Assembly (NCBI GenBank): GCA_963667015.2
Contig: CAXXJJ010000004.1
Location: 2,912,001 to 2,976,000 of the forward strand
Reading direction: 5' to 3'
DNA from: Desulfatiglandales bacterium
GTDB taxonomy: Bacteria > Desulfobacterota > DSM-4660 > Desulfatiglandales > HGW-15
DNA: 64,000 bases
Below are positions 47,571 to 58,344 of this stretch, in pieces. Both the position numbers and the translations under genes were made by a program. The notes beneath the pieces are model-generated. The model was not told where the DNA came from. It ran no database searches and worked only from the letters and a program-made list of their open reading frames with translations. Every line of letters begins with the position of its first letter. The first letter of the stretch is position 1.

Positions 47571-49697
47571 TTACTGTTCCTTTTCATAGACAGGCAGTTT
47601 AAGCCTGAATAAAGTTCCATGTTTCTTCTTTGAGGCCAGGGGTGAATCTGCTGATATGCTGTGGCATTCTATAGTTCCCCCATATTTTTTTACTATTCCG
47701 TACACAATTGCCAGCCCCAGGCCGGTTCCCTCCCCTTCAGGCTTGGTTGTGAAGAAGGGTTCAAAAATCCTGTCCATATCCTCCACTGAAATGCCTGTAC
47801 CCGTATCCCGGATTTCCAGTACCGCCCTGTTCTCTATCTCATCAAGCCTGGAGGATACTGTAAGTGTACCTCCGCCCTTCATTGCGTAGCCTGCATTATT
47901 TACAAGGTTTAAGAGGACCTGCTGAAGTTCCCCCGGGTCTCCCTTGATCATTGGTATGCTCGTATCAAGATCACGTATGAGCTCAATGTTTTCCATTTCA
48001 AATGTGTGGGCTACGATATCCAGGATATCCCGAATCTGGTTATTGATATCCGCCTTAACATCTCTGTTTTCACCAAACCTGGCAAAGCGCAGAAGGTTTT
48101 CTACGACCTGTTTGCAGTGCATTCCCTGCCTTTCAATTATCTTCAGATCATCGTAGATTCTTGTACCTTTTTCAGACTTTCGGATAAGGTCATCCGTAAA
48201 CCCCAGTATGACTCCAAGAGGGTTATTTACCTCGTGTGCCACACCGGCAGCAAGCGTACCTATTGAAGCAAGCTTCTCCGCATTAATCATCTGCAGTTCC
48301 ATATTTTTTTCACGAGTTACATCCCTTGCTATGCAGAGAACTGTCTCAACCCTGCCGGATTCCTCACGTATGGGCATAAAGTTTATATTGAGCCACAGCT
48401 TATTGTGTTCAGTCTCGATGCAGAATTCCTTCCTGATACTCTTTCCATGCCGGTAAACAAGATCAAGGATAACCATGTGTTCCCTGGATGCATTATCAGG
48501 AAAGATTTCCCGGATATCCTTTCCCTTGAAATCATCAGGAGAACCGCCGAAAAAGGCAGCAGTAAAGCTGTTCATTGATACAAGCATGCCTTCCCTGTTA
48601 AGGGTGTATATGAAATCCTCAGCGCTTTCTACGAGTGACCTGTATTTTGCTTCGGATCTTCGCAACCGGCTCGTGCGTTCTTCAATAATGTTCTCAAGTT
48701 CTCTATTCCAGCGTATCTCATTAAACAGTATCGCTGTTCCGGCCAGCACCATAATCAGTATGATTATGACCTGAAACAGGTATCGCCACAGGTATGTCCG
48801 GTTTATGTATTCATCAATTTCAGCAGAAGGGGCAACAACTGCAACAGACCATTTGACAACAGGATTTAAAGAAATGGAAACAGGAGCATAGGCTATAAGC
48901 TTTTCGATCCGGCCTGTAATTCCCCTGTGCCAGCCGCTCGTATACAGGCCGGTTCCCTCGAACCCTTCAAGCATGTTGTTTTTTTGGATAGAATTAATAT
49001 TTTTATGTGAAATATCCGGATTTCTTTCATCCCTTGCGGTAAATGCGCTTTTTCCAATAAACTCTGTAAAGGGATGATACAGGAACATGCCTTCCTGATT
49101 AATAATCCATGCATAGCCTGTTTTTCCTGAACGCGTTTCCCTGACAAACCTTGCAAGGAATGTGGGGATATCCAGTTCAACAGCCAGCAGGCAGCTTGCA
49201 GGAATGAGGCGAAAGAGGACCATTTTTTTACTGTCTATAATATGATCGGACAGGAGAATTATACTGTTTTCATCAATCCTGATACCAAAATCCTGAACAG
49301 GTAATTTACTGGCGGTAGTCCACTGGTGTGAATAATCATATGTTGAGCAGCTGCCGGACTTGAGGTCATAGATGCTGATCCTGAAAATACCGTTTTTCAC
49401 TATGCGCTGAAAAGTGTCTTCAAGGTATTTACGAACCCCCTTCTCCCCTGTCCCGGCTCTCATACCAGGGGCCAGTTCCATCTCCTTTCTGATAAGGGCA
49501 AGTTCCTGTTCAATATTCCATTTTATATTCCTTGCAATAACAAGCTGTTCTTCGTTGAACTGTGACTTTGATATTTCTCTCAGGTTTCTGCTCGACCAGA
49601 AATCAAGAAAGGCGCTCATGGTAAGAAAAATGAGTGTGCTGATTATTAGTGCAGAGACAATCTTTTTTGTCCTGCCTGAAGATAATGAGACTGACAT
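47571..49697 (-). CDS. Cache/PAS sensor histidine kinase
   Basis: PAS (YRSLVESAED), AHEVNNP, GTGLGL. Confidence 0.94.
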   Translation of the reverse strand: MSVSLSSGRTKKIVSALIISTLIFLTMSAFLDFWSSRNLREISKSQFNEEQLVIARNIKWNIEQELALIRKEMELAPGMRAGTGEKGVRKYLEDTFQRIVKNGIFRISIYDLKSGSCSTYDYSHQWTTASKLPVQDFGIRIDENSIILLSDHIIDSKKMVLFRLIPASCLLAVELDIPTFLARFVRETRSGKTGYAWIINQEGMFLYHPFTEFIGKSAFTARDERNPDISHKNINSIQKNNMLEGFEGTGLYTSGWHRGITGRIEKLIAYAPVSISLNPVVKWSVAVVAPSAEIDEYINRTYLWRYLFQVIIILIMVLAGTAILFNEIRWNRELENIIEERTSRLRRSEAKYRSLVESAEDFIYTLNREGMLVSMNSFTAAFFGGSPDDFKGKDIREIFPDNASREHMVILDLVYRHGKSIRKEFCIETEHNKLWLNINFMPIREESGRVETVLCIARDVTREKNMELQMINAEKLASIGTLAAGVAHEVNNPLGVILGFTDDLIRKSEKGTRIYDDLKIIERQGMHCKQVVENLLRFARFGENRDVKADINNQIRDILDIVAHTFEMENIELIRDLDTSIPMIKGDPGELQQVLLNLVNNAGYAMKGGGTLTVSSRLDEIENRAVLEIRDTGTGISVEDMDRIFEPFFTTKPEGEGTGLGLAIVYGIVKKYGGTIECHSISADSPLASKKKHGTLFRLKLPVYEKEQ

Positions 49698-49776
49698 TTT
49701 CTGTTATATCTCAGAAAGACAGCCCGGGCGTCTAAAAATACTGTTTTTAATTTTCATAAAACCCGGGAAGCTGCAG

Positions 49777-50682
49777 TTAATCTTTCTGAATTCTCTCCAT
49801 CTCAAAAAACAGATCCTGCTCCCTTATCATCCCTGTCACCTTTCCCTTATCTCTTACAACAAGGCGTCTTACCCTGTTGTAAACCATCATATAGGCCGCT
49901 TCCATTAGATTTGAGCTGCTGTCAATGGACAAAGGAGGTGGCGACATTATATCTTCAACATTGTTATCAAGAATATTTTTAAACTCCTTGGTAAACATTC
50001 CGCTCCAGAACATGGGTGAATACTGAATGCTGTCCGCCATGGTCGGTTTAGGGGCACTGAGGTATTTCGGCATTATGGCGTTCAGAAGATCTTTTATGGT
50101 AAGGACCCCCTTTACTTCTCCCTTACTGTCAAAAATCAGGACAGACCTGTGCCCGGTCTCCATTATGCTCGAAGTCGGCACCTTGAGTGAAAAGGAGGTC
50201 CTTAATTTTAACATCGCTTCCCTTACTGTCTGTTCGACATTCAGCGTTGTGTAATCTTCTATAGGAATCATGACATCCTTTACTGTCTTTTCCTCATCTG
50301 CCCCGTCCCTTTTATGCCCTTCCTTATAGGCCTCATTTATCTTTGCAGTAAGGATATCGATATCGCATGGTTTGGAAAGATAATCAAAGGCTCCCTCTTC
50401 AAGTGCCGCCTGTGCGGATTCCATGTCGCCATGCCCGGTAAGCATTATAACCGGAAGCTCAGGTGAATTATTCTTGATATGTTTAAGAGCCTCATGGCCA
50501 TCCATTCCCGGCATTTTAATGTCAAGCACTACGACATCGATCTCCTGGCCCAGCTTTTCAATCGCTTTTTCGGCATTTTCTGCAATTAATGTATTGAATC
50601 CCCGACGGTCAAGCAGCTTCTTGGTGGTTGAACGGAACTTCTCTTCATCATCAACCATAAGCACATTAATTAAATTTCCCAT
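49777..50682 (-). CDS. Response regulator with CBS pair
   Basis: REC plus CBS. Confidence 0.92.
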   Translation of the reverse strand: MGNLINVLMVDDEEKFRSTTKKLLDRRGFNTLIAENAEKAIEKLGQEIDVVVLDIKMPGMDGHEALKHIKNNSPELPVIMLTGHGDMESAQAALEEGAFDYLSKPCDIDILTAKINEAYKEGHKRDGADEEKTVKDVMIPIEDYTTLNVEQTVREAMLKLRTSFSLKVPTSSIMETGHRSVLIFDSKGEVKGVLTIKDLLNAIMPKYLSAPKPTMADSIQYSPMFWSGMFTKEFKNILDNNVEDIMSPPPLSIDSSSNLMEAAYMMVYNRVRRLVVRDKGKVTGMIREQDLFFEMERIQKD

Positions 50683-50731
50683 ATTCTGCTCCTCTATCCT
50701 TTATCAGTATTTAACCTGAATCAGCATTTGA

Positions 50732-51247
50732 TCAGATAATAATGTTTATTAAAAACTGGAAAACACTTATAATGAATCCCACGGTAATCATCGAAATAAA
50801 GATTGCCTGCGGATATCTCATCCCGCAGCCCTTTACATATCCGACAGTTATCAGGATCCACTTCCATGGTTCTGTAATCCATATAATCATTGGTATCCAT
50901 GCAGCTAGGAGTACAGTGCCGGCAGCAAATGCATGGATGGAATATACCCGTATAAAACCTGCATTACCCGTTGTAAGTAAACGTATAATAAAAAATGAAA
51001 CAACCGCATTAACAAGAGGCATCACAAAGGCATTGAGGGCAAGTATTCCGGCAGAAAGAATCAGATTCCCCTTAAGCACCGTAAGGCTTGCCGAACTGTA
51101 GAACACCGTTGATATCAAAAGAAAGATGACCGGTGTTTTAACATCCTGATCGGACAGAGAGGCGCTAAGGTAATTACCGGGCCGGCCCAGCATACCGGTA
51201 ATGATCCGGGCATATGAAAAAGCCTGTTTTTGAACTGCCTCATTCAT
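50732..51247 (-). CDS. YIP1-like membrane protein
   Basis: Five TM segments; family call is inference. Confidence 0.7.
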   Translation of the reverse strand: MNEAVQKQAFSYARIITGMLGRPGNYLSASLSDQDVKTPVIFLLISTVFYSSASLTVLKGNLILSAGILALNAFVMPLVNAVVSFFIIRLLTTGNAGFIRVYSIHAFAAGTVLLAAWIPMIIWITEPWKWILITVGYVKGCGMRYPQAIFISMITVGFIISVFQFLINIII

Positions 51248-51269
51248 TTGTCCTTTCCCTTCCTCCCGA

Positions 51270-51410
51270 TCAACCCTGGATTATACCTGTCTTATACAGA
51301 ATACCCAGTATGAGCATAATAACGGTCATGGCAAAGAAGAACTTTCTTTCGGTTTGAGCACTAAACCGGGTTACCCATTTTTCTGTTTTTATTTTTCTGA
51401 TAAATTCCAT
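51270..51410 (-). CDS. 46-aa single-TM protein (absent from ORF track)
   Basis: MEFIRKIKTEKWVTRFSAQTERKFFFAMTVIMLILGILYKTGIIQG; fills operon gap. Confidence 0.6.
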   Translation of the reverse strand: MEFIRKIKTEKWVTRFSAQTERKFFFAMTVIMLILGILYKTGIIQG

Positions 51411-51431
51411 CTTTTTTCTCAAAGTTATTTT

Positions 51432-53282
51432 TTAAAATGACGGCAGCTCACCAAATCCCATGACAGTCCAGTAGATGGCCGTAAAAAGTACTATAAGTAT
51501 ATTTGCAAAGAACCACATGGGTATTCCCACCCGCAGGTAATCCTTTGGCTCAAGATACCCGCTTGCATAAACAATGGCATTGGGAGGAGTTCCTATTATA
51601 AGGCAGTATGCAAATGAAGAAGAGATCGCCGTTGCCATGGCCATAAATGGCAAAAATGTGCTGCCCGGATGAACAAGACCGGCCATATTGAGTGTTATGG
51701 GGCCCACTGCCGCTGCAGCCGGGCCATCAGCCATCAGGTTTGTGAGTACTGCCGTAAGACCGTTTGATGTTGCCATGAGGGGAATGCCGGAATCCATGCC
51801 CAGCGGCGAAAGAAAATCAATAACGCTTCTTGCCATCCAGTAGGCGGCGCCTGTGTTATCTAGGGTACGGCCAAAGATGATTGCCCCTGCATAGAGCCAT
51901 ACTACGCCCCAGTCTATCTTTTCCTGATAATCCCTCCAGTTTACAATTCCGGCCAGGAGATACGCCACAGCACCTGCTACAGCTATAACACCGATGCCCA
52001 GCCGGACAGGATAGATCCCCATGTCATAAAAAGCCTTTTCGGTAAACCAGCCGAAGACCATTATTATAAATATGATAAAGGCTATGATCTGTTTTCTGTT
52101 CCACCCGCCCATCTTTCCAATCTCATTCTGCAGGTGTTTCATTGAAGGAGCAAGAGATTTTATGGAAGGTTTAAACCGCCAGTTAACCATAAACCAGGTT
52201 ACAGGAATCATTAATATTACAAAAGGAAAGCAGTATTTAACCCATTGAAAATAACCTATATCAAAACCGAACATATCATTCAGGTAGGTCATCATAATAA
52301 CGTTTCTGGCTCCGCCTGAAGGAGCACCCGGGCCTCCTATGTTGCAGGCCATGGCAATTGTTATCATGAGCATCTTGGCCAGCTCTTTATCTTCCGGGAC
52401 TTCGCGTGTAAGGCTGTTCTGGTAAAGCAGCATTCCTATGGGCAGAAACATGGCCGCGAGTGCGTGATCAGAGATAAAGGCGGCAAGAGGAGCTATTATG
52501 ATAAAGAATATGAGGGTAACCCATTTGACACTTGGGACAGCCAGCTTTTTAAACATCATTAGACACATTCGCTTATCCACGCCTGTCTTTACAAAGGCTG
52601 CGGCAAACATGAGACTTCCCATAATAAACCAGCATGCATCATCCCAGTAGAGGCTTGCGACTTCACTCCTGCTCACAACCCCTGTAAAAACCAGTATAAG
52701 CCCTATACAGAAGGCGACACCCGGAAGGGGTATGCATTCTGTCATAAAGCAGAACACAACAAACACCATCATTGCGATTGCTACCTTGATATCCCATGCA
52801 CCTTTGTCTGCCGTTTTTTTGTCTTTTTCCGAAAGGTCCTCATAAACAAGTTTGATTTTTCTTAGTTCGATAGCGTTTTTCATTATCTCGGCATAACGTT
52901 CTCCGCTAACCTGAGTATCAATAAAACTGCCGGCCTTTTTAAAATTATTCTCATCCACCTTTAAGTCATATTTCTTACACCACCTGATATCCCTCTTAAG
53001 GAAGTTTTCCTTTGTAAGCGACCCCATCTGCATATTTCTTTCCATCATTTCCGCAGTCAGGAGCTCCCACTGCTCTGCATCATGGGCCGGTTTATCAAAC
53101 AATTCGGACATGATCTGCTTTATAACTGCCTTTGGGCCCACCTTTACTTCTGTTCCTACATCCTTCATACCATAGGGTGTCGGGATAATGAGAACAGCAA
53201 AGAAAAGCACAACAGGAATTATAAATAATTTCCAGTTAACATACTTGTCATAACCTGTTACCTTTTTTTCCGATTGAGTCAT
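51432..53282 (-). CDS. DASS/SLC13 family anion transporter
   Basis: GTPPNAIVY motif; ATG 53282 after AGGAGG. Confidence 0.93.
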   Translation of the reverse strand: MTQSEKKVTGYDKYVNWKLFIIPVVLFFAVLIIPTPYGMKDVGTEVKVGPKAVIKQIMSELFDKPAHDAEQWELLTAEMMERNMQMGSLTKENFLKRDIRWCKKYDLKVDENNFKKAGSFIDTQVSGERYAEIMKNAIELRKIKLVYEDLSEKDKKTADKGAWDIKVAIAMMVFVVFCFMTECIPLPGVAFCIGLILVFTGVVSRSEVASLYWDDACWFIMGSLMFAAAFVKTGVDKRMCLMMFKKLAVPSVKWVTLIFFIIIAPLAAFISDHALAAMFLPIGMLLYQNSLTREVPEDKELAKMLMITIAMACNIGGPGAPSGGARNVIMMTYLNDMFGFDIGYFQWVKYCFPFVILMIPVTWFMVNWRFKPSIKSLAPSMKHLQNEIGKMGGWNRKQIIAFIIFIIMVFGWFTEKAFYDMGIYPVRLGIGVIAVAGAVAYLLAGIVNWRDYQEKIDWGVVWLYAGAIIFGRTLDNTGAAYWMARSVIDFLSPLGMDSGIPLMATSNGLTAVLTNLMADGPAAAAVGPITLNMAGLVHPGSTFLPFMAMATAISSSFAYCLIIGTPPNAIVYASGYLEPKDYLRVGIPMWFFANILIVLFTAIYWTVMGFGELPSF

Positions 53283-53307
53283 AAATTTGATCTCCTCCTG
53301 ATTCCGT

Positions 53308-53724
53308 CTACTTCCTGCTGCGAGCCATCCTGATCTTTTCTTCAATTCTTAATCTTTTTTCAAAGGCCTCTTCAGCCTTTTTAATCAGTTCATCTATGTC
53401 TGCCGGCTTTACAAAGTAACCCACAGCTCCTGCCTTTAAACCCTCAACTGCCAATTCGAGAGTACCATGACCTGTAAGCATGATGACCTCTACCAGCGGA
53501 AAATCCCGTTTGATGGCCTGGAGTATTTCCATACCATCCATGCCTGGCATCTTTACATCCAGAATTACAACATGTATGACACTGCTTTCCAGTTTATCCA
53601 GGGCTTCAGCGCCGCTTGAAGCTGTAACGACATCATAACCTCTTCTTTCGAGGAGCCTGGATGTTGTTGATAAATATCTCTCTTCATCATCAACCAGCAT
53701 AATTTTCATTCTATCCATAGCCAT
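53308..53724 (-). CDS. Single-domain response regulator
   Basis: REC motifs. Confidence 0.92.
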   Translation of the reverse strand: MAMDRMKIMLVDDEERYLSTTSRLLERRGYDVVTASSGAEALDKLESSVIHVVILDVKMPGMDGMEILQAIKRDFPLVEVIMLTGHGTLELAVEGLKAGAVGYFVKPADIDELIKKAEEAFEKRLRIEEKIRMARSRK

Positions 53725-53763
53725 CCTCAATTAAGAATATGATCCCTGAATCCTGGCAATCTT

Positions 53764-55467
53764 TCATTTCGACACTGTCCTGGAAGAAGGAAGATTTATG
53801 GTAAAGACAGTCCCCCTGTCCTTTTCACTTTCCACCCTCATCTCTCCTCCCATTTCTTTGATAATCCCGTAGCAGACCGAAAGCCCCAGTCCTGTTCCCT
53901 TGCCGACCGGCTTAGTCGTAAAGAACGGGCTGAATACCTTGTTCATGTTTTCTTCCGTAATACCGGCGCCGTTATCGGACACTGTTATTACCGGATTTTC
54001 ATCTTCATCTGTATCCACCGCTACCTCCAGCCTGCCGCCCGAAGCGCCGTATCTCTCGATAATCGCATCGATCGCATTGTTGAACAGGTTGAGAAATACC
54101 TGCTGAAGCTGTGACGGATCCACCTTTGCCATCGGGCTGTCATCGGGAATATCTCTTATGATCTCTATGCCGTGCACATTTGCCCTCTGTTCAACCATGC
54201 CTGTTACTTCATTTATTATTTTATTAAGTTCTACAATTTTGGTGGTCGGCTCATTTTTTCTTCCGAATTTGAGGATAGCCTGGGTAATCCGTGTGCACCT
54301 TCCTATCTGCACATGTATCTCTTCCATGGATTCTTCCAGCTCCTTTGTCAGATCGGAACTGTTAAAATCACCCTTCTCCTTGAGCTCCAGAAAAATATCC
54401 TTCATCAATGCCTGTTCATTGTTTATTATCTGCAGGGGATTGTTTATCTCATGTGCAAAACCCGCTGCCATTTCGCCGAGTTCGGCAAGTTGTGTAGCCC
54501 TCACGAGCTGTCCGCTGAGGCTGCCTCTTTCCGCATCCAGGCGTTCCATGTTTTTGACGATTCTGCCTGTCATATAAAAGGCAAGTCCGATGATAATTCC
54601 GCCGCCAACGATGCTTATTATGAGTATAAGATATGTCGCGGTTCTCAGTTCCCTGAAGGCATCCTTTTTCTGCTGTCTTACAACAAGCTGCCAGTCGACG
54701 GCCTCAAGCCATGTTGTTGCATACAGATATTTATCCCCGGAAATATTTTTACTGATAAAGGTCCTTATGCCGGCATGATGAGAGGGATATTTTATGTTAT
54801 CCGGATCATTTTCCATGAGGCTTCCGCCTGATCTTCTTTCTGTCTGGAATATCCCGTTTCTGTTCAGGATGTAGGATTCTCCCGTATTGCCTATCCTTAC
54901 CTTCTTGACCAGTTCACTGAACATATATGTATCGATTGTGGCCCTTATAATCCATCTGTTCCCATTGCTTTCCTTCTGAAGGGCGATAATAAAGTGAGGT
55001 ATCCTGCGAAAGCCTAAAAAAACATCGCTTATATAATAGCCCTTTTTATTGACCTCTCTAAACCATTCGGCTTCACTGTATTCCTTGCCCTTCAGCTCAA
55101 ACGGCCCGGCATAGGCCACATGTAGACCGTTACCGTCAAACACGCCGAGATCCACAAATGCATTTGCATTCTTCTGGAGATTTTTAAAAATAGGCTGAAG
55201 TCTTTCAGGATTACTCAATTCGTTGTAGTCATATGAGGAACAGATGAATTCAAGGTCGGCCTTACGTTCCGCTAAAAATGTCTCAATCATCTGACCATGA
55301 TCCTCCACACTCCTTTCCATGGTTGAGACACTTTTGGTTTCTATGGATATGGTAAAGTAGTAGTAACCTATTCCAAGAATAAACAGCAGAGGTGTGACCG
55401 GCACCAGAATCATACTCGCGAAGATATTCTTCCTTACTGAACTATAATGATTTTTTTTTATGTCCAC
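53764..55467 (-). CDS. Cache-domain sensor histidine kinase
   Basis: AHEINNP, GTGLGL; paralogue of 37310 and 56248. Confidence 0.94.
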   Translation of the reverse strand: MDIKKNHYSSVRKNIFASMILVPVTPLLFILGIGYYYFTISIETKSVSTMERSVEDHGQMIETFLAERKADLEFICSSYDYNELSNPERLQPIFKNLQKNANAFVDLGVFDGNGLHVAYAGPFELKGKEYSEAEWFREVNKKGYYISDVFLGFRRIPHFIIALQKESNGNRWIIRATIDTYMFSELVKKVRIGNTGESYILNRNGIFQTERRSGGSLMENDPDNIKYPSHHAGIRTFISKNISGDKYLYATTWLEAVDWQLVVRQQKKDAFRELRTATYLILIISIVGGGIIIGLAFYMTGRIVKNMERLDAERGSLSGQLVRATQLAELGEMAAGFAHEINNPLQIINNEQALMKDIFLELKEKGDFNSSDLTKELEESMEEIHVQIGRCTRITQAILKFGRKNEPTTKIVELNKIINEVTGMVEQRANVHGIEIIRDIPDDSPMAKVDPSQLQQVFLNLFNNAIDAIIERYGASGGRLEVAVDTDEDENPVITVSDNGAGITEENMNKVFSPFFTTKPVGKGTGLGLSVCYGIIKEMGGEMRVESEKDRGTVFTINLPSSRTVSK

Positions 55468-55582
55468 TGCTGAACAACCATTTTAGTATTTAGGTTGATG
55501 ACCGACTGCCTTAGGGGACTTTCATCGGTCATCAACAGAACACATCCGTCACTTCCAGGCAGATGTTTGATGCACTATATAT

Positions 55583-55598
55583 CGCAAGGTCCATGCCA
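55583..55598 (-). promoter_or_regulatory. sigma-54 promoter
   Basis: TGGCATGGACCTTGCG. Confidence 0.75.
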
Positions 55599-55738
55599 CA
55601 TCCGGGAATCCATGTGAATAATATAACAAGCTGTTTTCACTGCATATTGTTAGCGGTCATAAAACGGGTGAGTAAATCAGGCTGGAATATTGTGTAAAGG
55701 CTTTTTACAATATGGAAAACATTATGAATTGGAGAGAA

Positions 55739-56167
55739 CTAGCTGCTTTTAATTGCATCTTTTATTCTGGTACGCCTGCTCTTATGATCCTGCCTATCCT
55801 TTTTTTCGACTGCCTGTAACACCTTTGGCAGAAGTTCTTCCAGCTTTACAGGTTTGAGAAGATAATCAGAGGCACCGAGTTTCATGCCCTCTATACCTGT
55901 TTCAACAGAGGCATGCCCGGTAAGCAGTATTACCTCTGTGAGAGGTCGCAGCTTCTTTATCGCCCTGAGCGTTTCAATACCATCCATACCGCCAGGCATC
56001 TTTACATCCAGTATGACAACATCTACAGGGATTCGGTTGATAATCTTCAGGGCCTCTTCGCCGCTCTTTGACCCATGGGCGTCAATTTTCCTCTTCCGCA
56101 GACGTTTGACAATGGTTTCCAGGAAATCATCTTCGTCATCTACGATCAGGACAGTAAATAAATCCAT
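55739..56167 (-). CDS. Single-domain response regulator
   Basis: ATG 56167 after AGGAGG; REC motifs. Confidence 0.92.
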   Translation of the reverse strand: MDLFTVLIVDDEDDFLETIVKRLRKRKIDAHGSKSGEEALKIINRIPVDVVILDVKMPGGMDGIETLRAIKKLRPLTEVILLTGHASVETGIEGMKLGASDYLLKPVKLEELLPKVLQAVEKKDRQDHKSRRTRIKDAIKSS

Positions 56168-56247
56168 TATTCCTCCTGTATCATTTAATATATATTCGGT
56201 TTTTACTCCGGGGCAGGAAGAGATTCTTTTTTCATTCGGCATGTCAG

Positions 56248-57909
56248 CTACTTTTTCTCAGGGGAAATAATGGGCAGTGTAACAGTAAAGGCTGTACCCT
56301 GACCCGCCTCGCTTGCCAGGGAAATGCTGCCTCCCAGTTTCTCTACAATATTATAGCTTACCCATAACCCCAGGCCTGTTCCCCTTCCAACCTCCTTTGT
56401 CGTAAAAAACGGATCAAAAACCCTGCCCTGCTGATCAGCAGGTATTCCCGGACCGTCATCAATCACCCTTATCCGGATATTATGCGCATCAAATTCGCTT
56501 ATCACATTTATTGATCCATCCTGTCCGATCGCATCGATGGCATTTGTAATAAGGTTCAGAAAAACCTGCTGAAGCTGTGCCTGTTCACTTGCGATAATAG
56601 GAAGTTTATCTGCCAGCATGGTATTTATTTTTATATTGTTTATCCTGGCAAAGTTTTCAAGGATTCCTATGGTCTGCAGGATAACACTGTTTATTTCAAC
56701 ATCCTCGCTCCGGGGTTCCATTTTTCTGGCATAACCCAGCATATTGTGCACTACCTTCCTTGCACGCTCCACATGCTCTTCTATCTTTTTCACCGATTCC
56801 CTGTACTCTGTTATATTGGGGCTGTTCTGAAATTCCTCCTCAAAAAGAAGATCCTCCATCCAGCCGGTCTTTTGAAGAATAACCGCAAGGGGATTGTTTA
56901 TTTCATGGGCAACACCTGCCGCCATTTTTCCAAGGGCTGCCAGCTTGTCTGACTGAAGGAGCTGGGCATTTAGTTCATTCATCTTTATATCGGTATCCTG
57001 GAGTTTATTTACTGCCATCCTGGTGGTAAATACGGTAGTCAGCACGATAGCGATCATTCCAGTCATAAAAATAATGATCTCCATTGTCCGTGTGGCAAAG
57101 ATACTTTTCATCTCCTCGGAGATATCCTGGTTTATTACAAGAAGCCAGTTTTTGTTCTTAAGCCAGGCACCTGCATAAAGTCGATTTATTCCATTCTTAT
57201 CTAAAAGCTCAGCAGAATTAGTCTTCCCTCCAAAAAGTCTCGTATCAATATCCCAGTTTTCCTGAATCCGCCCTGAGAACCTGGGTATTGTCTGAAAAAC
57301 ACCTTCGTCGTTTACAATGAATGCATCTCCTGATTTTCCCACCTGGGCGGCTTTTACCATATCACCGAATATATAGGGATCGATGGTCGCTCTTAATATC
57401 CAGCTTTTTTCATCTTCCTGCCTCCTGACGGCTATTATAAAATGTGGAATCTGCCTGAACCCGAGGTACACATCACTTATATAGATACCCCGGCTCATTA
57501 CCTCTCCGAACCACTGCTCCTGATAATAATTATACCCCTTGAGTTTATAGGGGCCTGTATAGGCAATATGATTTCCCTGATCGTCTATTACCCCCAGGTC
57601 CACAAATGCCCCTGCATGGGAATCAAGCATTTTAAAGAGGTCTGCGAGGGTATCCGAATTACTCAGCTTCTCAAAACTATGAATATCTGCAACTGCTGAA
57701 AGTATCGCGCTCCTTTCCCTGAGAAAAAGGTCAATGGCCTCTGCCTGTGCACTTGCCCTGTATTCTATCTGTTCTTCTATTTTTATCCTGTAGATTTTCG
57801 CAAACTGCAGATATATCGAAACTCCAAGAATAAGGAGAGGAGTAAGGGATACCACGAGGGTTGCGGTGATAATTTTTCTTTGCAGGTTTTTATAAACATT
57901 TGTCTTCAT
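56248..57909 (-). CDS. Cache-domain sensor histidine kinase
   Basis: AHEINNP, GTGLGL. Confidence 0.94.
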   Translation of the reverse strand: MKTNVYKNLQRKIITATLVVSLTPLLILGVSIYLQFAKIYRIKIEEQIEYRASAQAEAIDLFLRERSAILSAVADIHSFEKLSNSDTLADLFKMLDSHAGAFVDLGVIDDQGNHIAYTGPYKLKGYNYYQEQWFGEVMSRGIYISDVYLGFRQIPHFIIAVRRQEDEKSWILRATIDPYIFGDMVKAAQVGKSGDAFIVNDEGVFQTIPRFSGRIQENWDIDTRLFGGKTNSAELLDKNGINRLYAGAWLKNKNWLLVINQDISEEMKSIFATRTMEIIIFMTGMIAIVLTTVFTTRMAVNKLQDTDIKMNELNAQLLQSDKLAALGKMAAGVAHEINNPLAVILQKTGWMEDLLFEEEFQNSPNITEYRESVKKIEEHVERARKVVHNMLGYARKMEPRSEDVEINSVILQTIGILENFARINNIKINTMLADKLPIIASEQAQLQQVFLNLITNAIDAIGQDGSINVISEFDAHNIRIRVIDDGPGIPADQQGRVFDPFFTTKEVGRGTGLGLWVSYNIVEKLGGSISLASEAGQGTAFTVTLPIISPEKK

Positions 57910-58307
57910 GGCATCACATGGAAAAAGGTGTGGAGGTTCCGGTACAAAACTCCATAGCCGAAGGATTTACCTCCTCCGCGTAAGACAGACAGGGCAGCTC
58001 CCCATTCCAGGTCTTCCTGTATACCCTCCCATCTGGAAATCCAGGTTATGGGGAAAAAAACAGCTAAGGTTGCGGCGGAGGCCATGAATCGGCCCCCGCC
58101 GAGAAATGAGCCCATACCTTTACAGGAGCACGCAAAGGCAGGGCTCCGAAGCATGAACCTGGCAATATTTGAATTGGGTTTCATATCAACCCTTCTCATC
58201 AGAGGCAGCATGTTAACAACACCTATTGCTGTTGCCGCAGCGTCATGCACTAAGGCGGAGGGAATCCCCGGCCTTATGGAGGCTATAAAGATAAATCCGT
58301 ACAACAC
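57906..58307 (-). CDS. Hypothetical protein
   Basis: 4-nt overlap with kinase start, downstream of sigma-54 motif; may be spurious. Confidence 0.35.
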   Translation of the reverse strand: MLYGFIFIASIRPGIPSALVHDAAATAIGVVNMLPLMRRVDMKPNSNIARFMLRSPAFACSCKGMGSFLGGGRFMASAATLAVFFPITWISRWEGIQEDLEWGAALSVLRGGGKSFGYGVLYRNLHTFFHVMP

Positions 58308-58328
58308 CGTTTAATATTATTAAAACAA

Positions 58329-58344
58329 GGCAATTCCCATGCCA
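58329..58344 (-). promoter_or_regulatory. sigma-54 promoter
   Basis: TGGCATGGGAATTGCC. Confidence 0.72.
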
